From an uncultured Thermoleophilia bacterium (GTDB lineage Bacteria; Actinomycetota; Thermoleophilia; UBA2241): a stretch of DNA of 64,000 bases. Made by a program: the position numbers and the translations under genes. Below the pieces are notes generated by a model. That model did no database searches. It was not told where the DNA came from and worked only from the letters and a program-made list of their open reading frames with translations. Where the stretch lies: the NCBI GenBank assembly GCA_963702475.1, contig CAVPCT010000003.1, positions 512,001 through 576,000 on the forward strand. Reading direction: 5' to 3'. Of this stretch, positions 1 through 10,737 are shown in pieces (position 1 is the first letter of the stretch; each line of letters starts with the position of its first letter).

Positions 1-114
1 GAGCTCGGCGCTGAGGCCGTCCCCGACCCGCGTTCGGTCCTCGACCTTTAGGCCTGTAGAGTGACCGCGGCGGGTCTTGGGACTCCCGCCGCGACGACGA
101 CGGGGGGTACGCCC

Positions 115-1200
115 ATGCCGGTCTCGTTTCCCTGCATCCAGGCACGGGGCTCGTACAGGGAGCTGGGGAGAGCCGTGGGAGAGGGTGCACGCGAGCAGAT
201 CGCCGCGGCCATGGAGTTCTACGAGACGCACTTCCGCGTGATGAGCGGCCTGGAGTTCGCCGAGGCCGAGCGACAGGCGCAACAGTACGCGCCGTTCGTG
301 CGCCGGTACCTGCCGCAGTACCTCGAGGAGCTTGAAGGCATGGCCGAGGGCTCGGGGCAGCCTCTGGGCAAGCTTCTGGTGCCGAACTGCGCTGAGGAGT
401 TCACCTGTCCCGTCGACGATGGTCCTGCCGCGCAGGAGGATCCCCCCGGTGCAGGTCACTTCTGCACGGCGGTCGCCGCCATGACCGGCGCGCGGCACCT
501 GGTCGGCCACAACATGGACTGGTATGTCGTCGACGTCGACAAGAACGTCCTGTTCGACCTGACCACGCCCGACGGCACGAGGATCGTCACTATCGCCGGC
601 GTGCCCTACCTGCCGATCCTGGGAATGAACTCGCACGGCATCGCCTACGTGGGCAACTCCGTGTACTGCAACGACGGACGCCCGGGCGTGCCCAACGTGT
701 TCGTGCGCCGCTGGGCCCTCGAGGCCCGCAGCCTCGAGGAGGCGGCGGCGCGCGCCGCGATGCCCGTACGGGCGCGCGGCTCCAACCACCTGATCGCCGA
801 CCGCGCGGGCCGCATCTGGGACCTGGAGACGTCGGCGCACGGCGCGGTGCTCACGGAGCACGAGGGGTTCGCGGCGCACACCAACCACTACGTGGCGCCG
901 GCCATGAGCGTGTACGAGGGCAGCCACAGCCTGGAGTCCCGCGCGCGATTGGCGTTCGCCGAGGCCGCGCTGGCCGGCGGCCTCGCGGCCGGCGAGGATC
1001 CCCGCGCTCTCGTCGACGCCGTGCTGCGCAGCCACCACGGCGCTCCCGACTGTGTCTGCGGCCACCCTGACGACGCGCAGCCGCCCGGCGAGCAGGTGAT
1101 GACCGTGGCCAGCATGGTCTGCGACCTCGACGCCATGGAGCTGCACGCCTGCGCCGGCCCGCCGTGCGAGAACCCGTACACCGTCTGGCCGGTCGCCTGA
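115..1200 (+). CDS. Peptidase C45 family Ntn-hydrolase (acyl-CoA:6-APA acyltransferase-like)
   Basis: ORF 61..1200, likely ATG at 115 after GGGGGG; G..ELG...G N-terminus, autoprocessing Cys in HFCTAVA, GHNMDW, GMNSHG, HTNHY, terminal GPPC. Confidence 0.85.
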   Translation: MPVSFPCIQARGSYRELGRAVGEGAREQIAAAMEFYETHFRVMSGLEFAEAERQAQQYAPFVRRYLPQYLEELEGMAEGSGQPLGKLLVPNCAEEFTCPVDDGPAAQEDPPGAGHFCTAVAAMTGARHLVGHNMDWYVVDVDKNVLFDLTTPDGTRIVTIAGVPYLPILGMNSHGIAYVGNSVYCNDGRPGVPNVFVRRWALEARSLEEAAARAAMPVRARGSNHLIADRAGRIWDLETSAHGAVLTEHEGFAAHTNHYVAPAMSVYEGSHSLESRARLAFAEAALAGGLAAGEDPRALVDAVLRSHHGAPDCVCGHPDDAQPPGEQVMTVASMVCDLDAMELHACAGPPCENPYTVWPVA

Positions 1201-1219
1201 CGTCGCCCGAGGTCCACTA

Positions 1220-2869
1220 GTGCCCACACTCGACCTCGTCATCGCCGACGCCCGTGTCGTGGACGGCTGCGGCAACCCCTGGTTCCGCGCGGACGTCGGC
1301 GTGCGCGGCGACCGCATCGCCGTCATGGCTCCCCCCGGGACGCTGGCCGCGGCGACGTGCGTGCAGGCCGGCGGGCGGTACCTGACGCCGGGCTTCATCG
1401 ATCCGCACACGCACTCGGACCTCACCGTCCTGCTGCACCCCCGGGCCGAGACGGCCGTGCGTCAGGGGGTGACGACACACGTCACCGGCAACTGCGGCAT
1501 GTCGGCGGCGCCGCTCACCGAGAAGCACCGCGACGACGCGGTGCACAACTGGGCGCACTACGCGTGGGGCCTCGAGCGGGTGGCCTGGGACTGGCGCACC
1601 TTCGGGCAGTACCTGAAGGCGCTTCGCCGCATCGGACACGCCGTCAACATCGCCCCGCTCGTCGGACACGGGGCGCTGCGGCTGGCCGTGGTCGGCTTCG
1701 CCGCACGGCCGGTCACCGCGCGCGAGCTGCGACGCATGGAACACCTGCTGGATGAGTCCATGCGGGCCGGCGCACACGGCCTGTCCAGCGGCCTGGTCTA
1801 CCCTCCCGGCTGCTACGCCTCCACCGACGAGCTCGTCGCCCTCTGCCGGGTCGTGGCGCGCTACCACGGCATCTACACGAGCCACGTGCGCGGCGAGCGG
1901 GAGACGATCCTGGACGCCGTGGCGGAGGCCGTCCTCATCGGGCGCGAGGCGGGCGTACCGGTGGAGGTGTCGCACAACGCCCCCAAATGGGGCGCGCCGG
2001 AGGACGCGAGCGCCAACCTGGCGCTCATGGAAGCAGCCCGCGATCAAGGCCAGGACGTCACGACCGACAACGACACGCACCCCGAGCTCGCGCCGCCGCT
2101 CTCGCGGGCTTTGCCGCAGCCCGTGCTCGACCTCGGTCGCGACGAGCTGCTGCGCCTGCTGCGCGACCCGGAGCGGCGCGAGCAGCTGCGGCGCGACGTG
2201 GCCGCCGACGCACTGCCGGGCGCGGGGTACACAGGGCTGCTGCGCCACGGCCGCTTCGACCGCATCGTCGTGCTGCACGCCGCGCGGCAGCCGGAGCTGC
2301 GCGGCCGCTCCGTGTCGGCGATCGCCGCCGAGCGCGGTCGCGACCCGTTCGACACGTTCCTCGACCTCGTGGTGGACAACGACGACGAGGTCGTCGGTAT
2401 TTTCGACTACATCGCCGAGGACGATATCCGCGCCCTGCTGAGGAGCCCGCTGGCCATGGTCTCCTCGGACGGGCTGGTCATGCCGCCGGCCGAGGACCTC
2501 GACGACCCGGCGCTGTACTGGCCCTGCAGCTACGGCGAGTACGCCGGGGTCCTGGCCCGCTTCGTGCGCGACGAGGGTGTGCTGCGCCTCGAGGAGGCCG
2601 TGCGCAAGATGACCTCCTTCCCGGCACAGCGCTTCGGCCTGCACGACCGCGGCGTGCTGCGCCCTGGTCTCAAGGCCGACCTCGTGCTGTTCGACCTTGG
2701 CCGTGTCCGGGACAGGGCCACCAACCCCGCTCCGCACACGTTCCCCTTCGAGAACGTCCCGCACCGGTACGCCGAGGGTTTCGACTGGGTGGTGGTCAAC
2801 GGCGTCCCGGTGGTGGCTGACGGCGAGCACACGGGCGCGCTGCCCGGCCGTGTGCTCAAGCACGCCTGA
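1220..2869 (+). CDS. N-acyl-D-amino-acid deacylase (D-aminoacylase family amidohydrolase)
   Basis: PGFIDPHTHSD, GVTT..TGNCG, GLSSGLVYPPG, SHVRGE, SSDG, LEEAVRKMTSFPAQRFGL. Confidence 0.9.
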   Translation: MPTLDLVIADARVVDGCGNPWFRADVGVRGDRIAVMAPPGTLAAATCVQAGGRYLTPGFIDPHTHSDLTVLLHPRAETAVRQGVTTHVTGNCGMSAAPLTEKHRDDAVHNWAHYAWGLERVAWDWRTFGQYLKALRRIGHAVNIAPLVGHGALRLAVVGFAARPVTARELRRMEHLLDESMRAGAHGLSSGLVYPPGCYASTDELVALCRVVARYHGIYTSHVRGERETILDAVAEAVLIGREAGVPVEVSHNAPKWGAPEDASANLALMEAARDQGQDVTTDNDTHPELAPPLSRALPQPVLDLGRDELLRLLRDPERREQLRRDVAADALPGAGYTGLLRHGRFDRIVVLHAARQPELRGRSVSAIAAERGRDPFDTFLDLVVDNDDEVVGIFDYIAEDDIRALLRSPLAMVSSDGLVMPPAEDLDDPALYWPCSYGEYAGVLARFVRDEGVLRLEEAVRKMTSFPAQRFGLHDRGVLRPGLKADLVLFDLGRVRDRATNPAPHTFPFENVPHRYAEGFDWVVVNGVPVVADGEHTGALPGRVLKHA

Positions 2870-3000
2870 CTTCGGCGGCCCCGTGCTTCGGCGCAGGCCG
2901 GCCCTCACACCCCGGCATGGACCGGCCCACACCAAGTGCCGTCTGCCGCCGACTGGCCGTAACGTCATTCTGAGGGTCGCCGGCCGGTCCAGAACGTAGC

Positions 3001-3066
3001 GTCCAAGTAGGCACCTGAAAAGCACTTGCTCGCCTGTCACTTGGACATCGTGTAGAATCGCGCCCG
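3001..3066 (+). promoter_or_regulatory. Near-leaderless promoter of the PucR gene with upstream inverted repeat
   Basis: TAGAAT at 3053-3058, ATG 8 nt later with no SD; GTCCAAGT (3001-3008) / ACTTGGAC (3039-3046) inverted repeat. Confidence 0.5.
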
Positions 3067-4728
3067 ATGATCACCGTTCAGGACATCCTCGAGATCCCCG
3101 ACCTCGACCTGCGCCTGCTCGCAGGGGCCAAGTCCACCAGCAATCCCGTGCGCTGGGTCCACATCACCGAGGTGCCCGACCCCACCCGTTGGCTCAAGGG
3201 CGGGGAGCTGCTGCTCACCACCGGCTACGGCTTCGCCACCGAGGAGCAGCACCAGATCGACCTGCTCAAGGTGCTCATCGACCACAACATCTCCGGCCTC
3301 GGCTTCGGCACCGGCTTCAGTTTCGACAAGGTGCCGCCGGCCCTGGTGCGCGTGGCCGAGGAGTACGGCTTCCCGCTGTTCGAGGTGCCGTATCACGTGC
3401 CGTTCATCGCCATCACCGAGGCCGTGGCCTCCAAGATCGTCAATGAGCAGTACTCGCTGCTGCAGCGCAGCTTGGCCGTGCACGAGAAGCTCACCAAGAT
3501 CGTGCTGGAGGAGAAAGGCCTCGAGGCGATACTCTCCACGCTCTCGGCCCTCGTCGGCTGCTCAGCCGTCCTCTTCGACTTCCACGGCGTGGTGCTCTGT
3601 GAGGCCGCGTACCGCCGCCGCCTCAGCGCCGAGCTGGTCGCCGACCTGTGGGGCCGCATCAGCGACCGCCGCGCCGATCGCCAGAACTTCGCCCTCTCCA
3701 TCGCCGGTGTCGCTTCAGGCGTGCAGGTGTACCCTGTGGTCGCGTCGCACCGCATCGGTGCGTTCCTCGCGGTGGTCAAGGACAGCGGCGACTTCAGCGA
3801 GTACGACCGCATCATCCTTCACAACGTGGTCACCGTCACGGCCCTCGAGCTGGTGAAGAAGAAGGCCGTCGCCGAGACAGAGAAGCGCCTCGCCGGCGAT
3901 TTCTTCGACGAGCTCATCGCCAGCGACCTCTACGAAGAGGAGATCGCCCGCCGCCTCGCCTTCTTCGGGCTGGACCCGCGGGCGCCGCACCTCATCATGC
4001 TGCTCGACATCGACGACGCCGACGGCGACGCCGCGGCCGAGCGCAGCGAGGCGGCCGTGCAGGATGTCAAGGAGCGCCTGCACTGGGCCGTGGACGAGTT
4101 CATGGCGCGGCGCGACGTGCTGTTCATCTCCGCGTCCCGCGCCGATTCTGTGGTCATCCTCGTGCAGCCGGCCAGGCCGGACGGCGGCGACGTCATCAGC
4201 CTGGCCGGCGAGCTGCAGAGCGGCATCGCCCAGCTCCTTCCGGAGGTCAGCGTGTCACTGGGCATCGGGCGGCCGCACCGCCAGCTCATCGACCTGCGCC
4301 AGAGCTACTACGAGGCCAGCTACGCGATCAAGATCCGTACGCTCAAAGGCGAGCGTCGTGTCATCGCAAGCTTCGACGATCTGGGCTCGTACGGCCTGCT
4401 GCTCGGTCTGCAGGACACGCTCTCGCTGCAGGTGTTCTACGACAGCGTGCTCGGCAGGCTGCAGGAGTACGACGAGCAGAACTCCAGCGACCTGGTCAAG
4501 AGTCTCGCCTGTTTTCTCGAGGCCAACGGCCACTGGGGCGACGCCGCCGAGAAGCTCTACGTGCATCGCCACACGCTGCGCTACCGCATGAAGCGCGTGG
4601 AGGAGATCACCGGGCGCGACCTCGACCAGTCGCAGGACCGCATGGAGTTCTGGCTGGCCCTCAAGGCCAAGGAGCTCATGGACCAGTCCAAGAAGGGCAA
4701 GCACGGCGGGGAGCCCGTCAGGTCCTGA
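3067..4728 (+). CDS. PucR family transcriptional regulator
   Basis: N-terminal PucR domain (VRWVHITE.PDP..WLKGGELLLTTG), C-terminal HTH AAEKLYVHRHTLRYRMKRVEEITG. Confidence 0.95.
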   Translation: MITVQDILEIPDLDLRLLAGAKSTSNPVRWVHITEVPDPTRWLKGGELLLTTGYGFATEEQHQIDLLKVLIDHNISGLGFGTGFSFDKVPPALVRVAEEYGFPLFEVPYHVPFIAITEAVASKIVNEQYSLLQRSLAVHEKLTKIVLEEKGLEAILSTLSALVGCSAVLFDFHGVVLCEAAYRRRLSAELVADLWGRISDRRADRQNFALSIAGVASGVQVYPVVASHRIGAFLAVVKDSGDFSEYDRIILHNVVTVTALELVKKKAVAETEKRLAGDFFDELIASDLYEEEIARRLAFFGLDPRAPHLIMLLDIDDADGDAAAERSEAAVQDVKERLHWAVDEFMARRDVLFISASRADSVVILVQPARPDGGDVISLAGELQSGIAQLLPEVSVSLGIGRPHRQLIDLRQSYYEASYAIKIRTLKGERRVIASFDDLGSYGLLLGLQDTLSLQVFYDSVLGRLQEYDEQNSSDLVKSLACFLEANGHWGDAAEKLYVHRHTLRYRMKRVEEITGRDLDQSQDRMEFWLALKAKELMDQSKKGKHGGEPVRS

Positions 4729-4794
4729 CCGCCCGGGGTGTCAAGCTCCGCCGCGCGCCGCAGGTGCCTCGGCGCTGAGCGTCTGACGGTCTGC

Positions 4795-5553
4795 TCAAGA
4801 CAGTACCAGCGCTCCGTGGTCGACGACGACGTTCGTGCCCGTGACCGCCTCCGTCTCCAGACAGAACCGCACCGCGGCGCCGATGTCGGCCGGGTCGACC
4901 AGCCGGCCGCCCGACAGCTTGAGCGCGGCGCGTTGCGAGGCTTCCCGGTGCTCGTCGTCGGGCAGGTCCACCGGTCCCGGCGCGACGCCGCAGACGCGTA
5001 CGTGGTCGGGGGCCCAGGCGGAGGCCAAGGTCTTGACGAGGTGGATCTGGGCCGCCTTGGCGGCGCCGTGGGCGGCGAAGTTGGGCCACGGCATGATGCC
5101 CATCGAGTCCGTGATCGCCACGATCACGCCCGACTGACGTGCGGGATCCCTTCTGCGGACGAGCTCGTCGTGCGCCGCTCCCGCCGCGAAGAAGAACCCT
5201 CTGGCGATGGTGTCGAGCGAGGCGTCCCACTCGTCTCCGGAGACCCTCTCGGGACGCTGCGGCCTGAACGCGCCGCTGGCCGCGTACACCACGGCGTCGA
5301 GGCCGCCGAGCGCCGCGGCTCCGTCGGCCACGAGCGCGCGCGCGCCCTCAGGCTCGCGCACGTCGCCGGTGGCCAGGACGGCGCCGCCGGCCCCGGCGGC
5401 CAGAAGCTCCGCCAGCCGCTCACCGGCCGGCGGCCCGGCGCTCCGTGAAGTGATGCACAGGCCGGCGCCGCGCTTCGCGAGATCGCCGGCGATCGCCCGA
5501 CCCAGGCGGTGCACGCCGCCGATGACCAGCACTCGTGCCCCCGCGATGTCCAT
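4795..5553 (-). CDS. SDR oxidoreductase, pteridine reductase (PTR1/FolM)-like
   Basis: C-terminal part of ORF 4795..8850; ATG 5553 after GGAGG; GGVHRLGRAIA nucleotide-binding loop, HGAAK, VRVCGVAPGPV, VTG..VVVDHG. Confidence 0.8.
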   Translation of the reverse strand: MDIAGARVLVIGGVHRLGRAIAGDLAKRGAGLCITSRSAGPPAGERLAELLAAGAGGAVLATGDVREPEGARALVADGAAALGGLDAVVYAASGAFRPQRPERVSGDEWDASLDTIARGFFFAAGAAHDELVRRRDPARQSGVIVAITDSMGIMPWPNFAAHGAAKAAQIHLVKTLASAWAPDHVRVCGVAPGPVDLPDDEHREASQRAALKLSGGRLVDPADIGAAVRFCLETEAVTGTNVVVDHGALVLS

Positions 5554-5790
5554 GTCGTCCTCCCGCGCCGTGGCTCTCCACTCGCGTCCACGGCCACCAT
5601 TGTAGTGCCCGCCCGTGAACGCTGCGCGCTGTCCCGGCTTCCCGTGTGACTTCAGTGGGCGAATTCTTTGCATTGTGGGCTTTTCTGTTCGTTCCGATGT
5701 GCTAGAGTGCACAATCGTGCACGACCATGTGCAACCGCGCACGCGCGAGTCGCGAGCGAAACTGAGCGAGCAGAGGAGCGAGGAGGAGCC

Positions 5791-6912
<1,122 letters not shown>

Positions 6913-6923
6913 GCACCCTTTCG

Positions 6924-7053
6924 GCTCCGGTGCGGCCAGTGGCCGCACCGGAGCGGACGTGCCAGAATGGAGCCGCGTTCGGACGACCGTCCGAACGCGG
7001 CTCCATCTGCGTCCGGGCGACGATGTGACCCCGGCCGGCGCTGCCGGCTGGGG
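6924..7053. repeat. Three tandem GC-rich hairpins between ald and aor
   Basis: 14-bp perfect stem 6924-6937/6941-6954; 19-bp perfect stem 6967-6985/6988-7006; 11-bp stem 7029-7039/7043-7053. Confidence 0.85.
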
Positions 7054-7101
7054 AGGGGGCGGAGGGGCCTCAGGCGAGCGCGCACGGCAAAGGAGCGACC
7101 A

Positions 7102-8877
7102 TTGGGCGACCTTCTCCGCATCGACCTCACCGCTGGGACCTGCAGCGAAGAGACCATCCCGCCACAGCTCATCAGGGAGCTCATCGGCGCCAAGGGCGTC
7201 GGCACGCACTACCTGTGTGAGGAGGTCGGGCCGGACGTCGACCCGCTGAGCCCGCAGAACAAGCTCGTCTTCTGCGTCGGACCCATGGGCGGCACGTCCA
7301 TGTACGGAAGCAACCGCTACGCCGTGTACTTCGCCTCGCCGCTCACGGGCGGCTACGGGGAGTGCTACTCCGGCGGCAATCTCACTCCACAGTTCGCGAA
7401 GACCGGCTACAAGGTCGTGATCGTGGAGGGCAGGGCCGACTGCCCCACCTACCTCGAGGTCAGCGAGCAGGGCGCGCAGTTCCACGACGCCTCGGACGTG
7501 TGGGGCATGGACGCGTTCGCCGCGGAGGACGCTCTGCTCGCACGCACCGACAACAAGAAGGCCCAGGCCTGCGTCATCGGACAGGCCGGCGAGCGTCTGG
7601 TGCGCTTCGCCTGCGTCAACAACAACTACTGGCATCAACTCGGCCGCGGCGGCCCCGGCGCGGTGTTCGGCAGCAAGAACCTCAAGGGCATCGTGTGGCA
7701 CGGCGACCAGAAGGTGGAGGTCGCCCGTCCGGACGACTACAAGGCCGTGGTCCGAGACCTCGTGGAGCGCTGCAAAGACGATCCAGGGGTTGCCGCCTAC
7801 CAGCGCGGCGGCACGCTCAACATGCTGCGCATCATGAACACGCAGAACGCATTCCCGACCAGGTACTGGCGCGCGGGCTCCATGGAGACGTTCGAACGCA
7901 TCACGGTCGAGACCATGCTCGAGGAGCACGGCACGGTCAATCAGACCTGCCCGCCGTGCGTGTTCAAGTGCGTCAAGCGCAACACCGTCTTCAAGGGCCG
8001 CCACGAGGGGCTCGTGGTGGAGGGTCCTGAGTACGAGACCGCCTACGTGTTCGGCGGTCTCTGCTGCATCGACGACTTCGCCGAGATCATGTGGCTCAAC
8101 GACCTCTGCGACCGGTACGGCGTCGACAGCATGGACGCGGGCAACCTCTGCGCCCTCGCCATCGAGTGCAGCCAGCGCGGCATCATCGAGGACCAGCTCG
8201 GCTGGAACGATCCCGAGGGGGTAGGCGCCTTCCTCACGAAGCTGTGCCTGCGCGAGGGCATCGGCGACCTCTGGGCCGAAGGCCTCCTTGCCGTGGAGAA
8301 GGAGTACGGCCTGGAGGGCCTTGCCGTGCACTGCAAGGGCATGGCGCCGGCGGGCTACGAACCGCGTCGCATGAAGGGCATGGGTCTGGGCTTCGCCACC
8401 ACCACGCGCGGCGCCTGCCACCTGCGCGCCACGATGTACAAGCCGGAGATCACCGGGGTCATCGATCCTCAGGAGATCGTGGGCAAGGCGGCCATCTACT
8501 GCGACTGGGAGGACCGCCTCACCATCATGGACACGCTCGTCTACTGCCGCTTCTACCGCGACATGGTGCAGTGGCCGTACATCACCGCCGTCGTCAACGC
8601 AGCGGTCGGCACCGACTACACGCCGGACGACCTGCACAAGATCGCCAACCGCATCATCACGATGACCCGCGACTTCAACCTGGCGCGAGGCATCGGTCGC
8701 GAGACCGAGCGGCTGCCCGAGTGGGTGTCCGACGCGCCGCGCGAGGACAACGGCTGGACCTTCCCCCAGAGCGAGATGGAGCACATGCTCCGCGAGTACT
8801 ACGAGATCCGCGGCTGGGGCGAATTGCCCGAGGTCGCACCGGTGGCGCACAACGCGCTGCTCGACGAGAAGATCTGA
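7102..8877 (+). CDS. aor: Aldehyde:ferredoxin oxidoreductase (AOR family, W/Mo-bis-pterin)
   Basis: LLRIDLT, IGAKG.G, DPLSPQNKL, SPLTGGYGE..SGG, IGQAGE.LVRFA, GRGG.GAVFGSKNLK, CPPCVFKC, EGPEYET, RGACH; TTG start after AAGGAG. Confidence 0.93.
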   Translation: MGDLLRIDLTAGTCSEETIPPQLIRELIGAKGVGTHYLCEEVGPDVDPLSPQNKLVFCVGPMGGTSMYGSNRYAVYFASPLTGGYGECYSGGNLTPQFAKTGYKVVIVEGRADCPTYLEVSEQGAQFHDASDVWGMDAFAAEDALLARTDNKKAQACVIGQAGERLVRFACVNNNYWHQLGRGGPGAVFGSKNLKGIVWHGDQKVEVARPDDYKAVVRDLVERCKDDPGVAAYQRGGTLNMLRIMNTQNAFPTRYWRAGSMETFERITVETMLEEHGTVNQTCPPCVFKCVKRNTVFKGRHEGLVVEGPEYETAYVFGGLCCIDDFAEIMWLNDLCDRYGVDSMDAGNLCALAIECSQRGIIEDQLGWNDPEGVGAFLTKLCLREGIGDLWAEGLLAVEKEYGLEGLAVHCKGMAPAGYEPRRMKGMGLGFATTTRGACHLRATMYKPEITGVIDPQEIVGKAAIYCDWEDRLTIMDTLVYCRFYRDMVQWPYITAVVNAAVGTDYTPDDLHKIANRIITMTRDFNLARGIGRETERLPEWVSDAPREDNGWTFPQSEMEHMLREYYEIRGWGELPEVAPVAHNALLDEKI

Positions 8878-8892
8878 GCGCGCGACCGGCTC

Positions 8893-9225
8893 TCAGAGGC
8901 CCAGGTAGTCCCTGACCTTGCGGTACGGCCGCATGCTGTCGTTGAACGCCTGCAGCACCAGGGCGAGGCGGCGCAGGGCGCGGTCGAGGTCGTCCAGGTC
9001 GAGGGCGATGCGGTCGACCTTCTGACCGATGTGGTACGAGAGTGTGGTGAGCTCCTCAGCGCGGCGTGCCAGACCCTCGGCCAGCGGCAAAGCCACTTTG
9101 GAGATGCGGAGGCCGCGTCTGATGAGCCTCCACGCCTTCAGGCCCATGTGGACGGCGAAACCCAGGACCACCACGAAGCACGCGAGGCCGACGATGAGCA
9201 GGTAGATGCCGGTGAACTGATCCAT
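8893..9225 (-). CDS. Small hypothetical membrane protein (N-terminal TM helix, coiled-coil tail)
   Basis: 110-aa ORF, GC3-rich codons, hydrophobic N-terminus, directly downstream of the NlpC/P60 gene. Confidence 0.65.
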   Translation of the reverse strand: MDQFTGIYLLIVGLACFVVVLGFAVHMGLKAWRLIRRGLRISKVALPLAEGLARRAEELTTLSYHIGQKVDRIALDLDDLDRALRRLALVLQAFNDSMRPYRKVRDYLGL

Positions 9226-9273
9226 GGGCGTCAGTCTACCCCGTCGTGGGGGCGCGCGACAGACAAGGCGTCC

Positions 9274-10416
9274 TCAGAGCCCCTGCGGCAGGCGGATAGG
9301 GTATCTGCAGAAGAGGGCGGCGCCGCGGCCGGCGAGCCGGCTGACCTTGACCACGTCGCCCGTGTGCGGCGCCTCGATGAACAGGCCGTTGCCGATGCAG
9401 ATGCCGACGTGGTGGTAGAACGCCGGCGTGCCGAAGAACACGAGGTCCGCCGGCTGGACCCTGCTCGCCGGCACGGGCGTGCCCTGGTACGCCTGCATGG
9501 TCGCCCCGTGCGGGAACTGCACGCCGAACTTGGCGTACACGTACAGCACGAGGCCGGAGCAGTCGAAGCCGCCCGAGGGGGTCGCGCCGGCCCACACGTA
9601 CGGGATGCCGAGGTACTTCATCGTCTCTTTGATGACGGCGACCTGGGCGTCGCTGCCGTTGATGCTCTCGATGTCGACGCCGGCGGCGTCGGCCAGGCGC
9701 TGGGCCGCGGCAGCGTCGCGGAGCTCCTGCTCCCGGACGAGCTCCTTGACGCGCGCGTTCAGGTCGGAGAGCAGGGCCCGCCGATCGGCCAGCTGGTCCT
9801 CGACGTCCGCGCGCCGCGCGCGCAGCTCCTGCTCACTGCGCAGCGCCTCGGCGCGGTCGTCCTCGATCTGGCCGGTGAGCCCGGCGACGCCGGCCTCGAG
9901 CTTCTCTATGCCGGCCACGGTGTCGCGGTCTGCCTGGCTGATCTGGCGGAAGTAGTCGATCTGCGTGTCGATCTCGGTGAAGTCCCCGGCTCCGAGCAGG
10001 ATGTCGAAGACGCTGATACCGCCGTTCTTGTAGATGTCGGCCATGCGCTCGCCGAGCACCGCGCGGGCCACGTCGAGCTGCGTCTGTGCCCGCGCGAGGT
10101 CGGCGCGCATGGAGATGAGCTGGGCGTTGAGGTCGTCCAGCTGGGCGCGGGCGAGGTTGTACTTCTCGACGGTGACCTGGGTCTTGCGGTCCAGCCGCGC
10201 GACCTCCGTGCGCACCTGCGTCGCCTGGGCGCGGGCGGACGCGATGTCGGCGGTGAGGTCGGCCGGCGACGCAGACGGGGCGGGAGTCGCCGAAGACGAG
10301 GCCGCCGCCGCGATGGCGAGGACGGCCGCCGCCAGGGCGACGGCGATCGCCGCCGCCGCGCGGCGCCGTGGGGCGAGTGCGTGCTGCCGGAGCGGGGTCT
10401 TCACGGTCTCGTTCAC
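9274..10416 (-). CDS. Secreted NlpC/P60 peptidoglycan endopeptidase with coiled-coil (RipA/CwlO-like)
   Basis: Signal peptide, long coiled coil, YLGIPYVWAG..GFDCSGLV, PADLVFF, HHVGI; start uncertain (GTG 10416 or 10404) because the longer ORF overlaps the tRNA. Confidence 0.9.
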   Translation of the reverse strand: MNETVKTPLRQHALAPRRRAAAAIAVALAAAVLAIAAAASSSATPAPSASPADLTADIASARAQATQVRTEVARLDRKTQVTVEKYNLARAQLDDLNAQLISMRADLARAQTQLDVARAVLGERMADIYKNGGISVFDILLGAGDFTEIDTQIDYFRQISQADRDTVAGIEKLEAGVAGLTGQIEDDRAEALRSEQELRARRADVEDQLADRRALLSDLNARVKELVREQELRDAAAAQRLADAAGVDIESINGSDAQVAVIKETMKYLGIPYVWAGATPSGGFDCSGLVLYVYAKFGVQFPHGATMQAYQGTPVPASRVQPADLVFFGTPAFYHHVGICIGNGLFIEAPHTGDVVKVSRLAGRGAALFCRYPIRLPQGL

Positions 10417-10465
10417 TGTATCGGATGATACGTCGGCTCCTTTACGTCGTGCGACCGCACGAGGC

Positions 10466-10494
10466 TTTACAATCCTCGGACGGACGTCTAAACT
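10466..10494 (+). promoter_or_regulatory. Sigma-70-type promoter of tRNA-fMet
   Basis: TTTACA-17 nt-TAAACT just upstream of the tRNA. Confidence 0.75.
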
Positions 10495-10511
10495 CTGTGG
10501 TCCAGATACGT

Positions 10512-10588
<77 letters not shown>

Positions 10589-10593
10589 TGTGA

Positions 10594-10623
10594 GAGAGAG
10601 GCGCCCGCAAGGGCGCCTCTCTC
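10594..10623 (+). terminator. Hairpin terminator after tRNA
   Basis: GAGAGAGGCGCCC-GCAA-GGGCGCCTCTCTC, 13-bp stem with GNRA loop. Confidence 0.8.
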
Positions 10624-10737
10624 GTTCACCCACGTGTCCCCGGCCTGTGTGTGCCGTCGCTGTGGTGCAGTCCACCCCGCGTGTGGGTATACAGGCCGCG
10701 ATTCTCAGTCGACCACTCACCTGTGCAGGGGGTCCCC

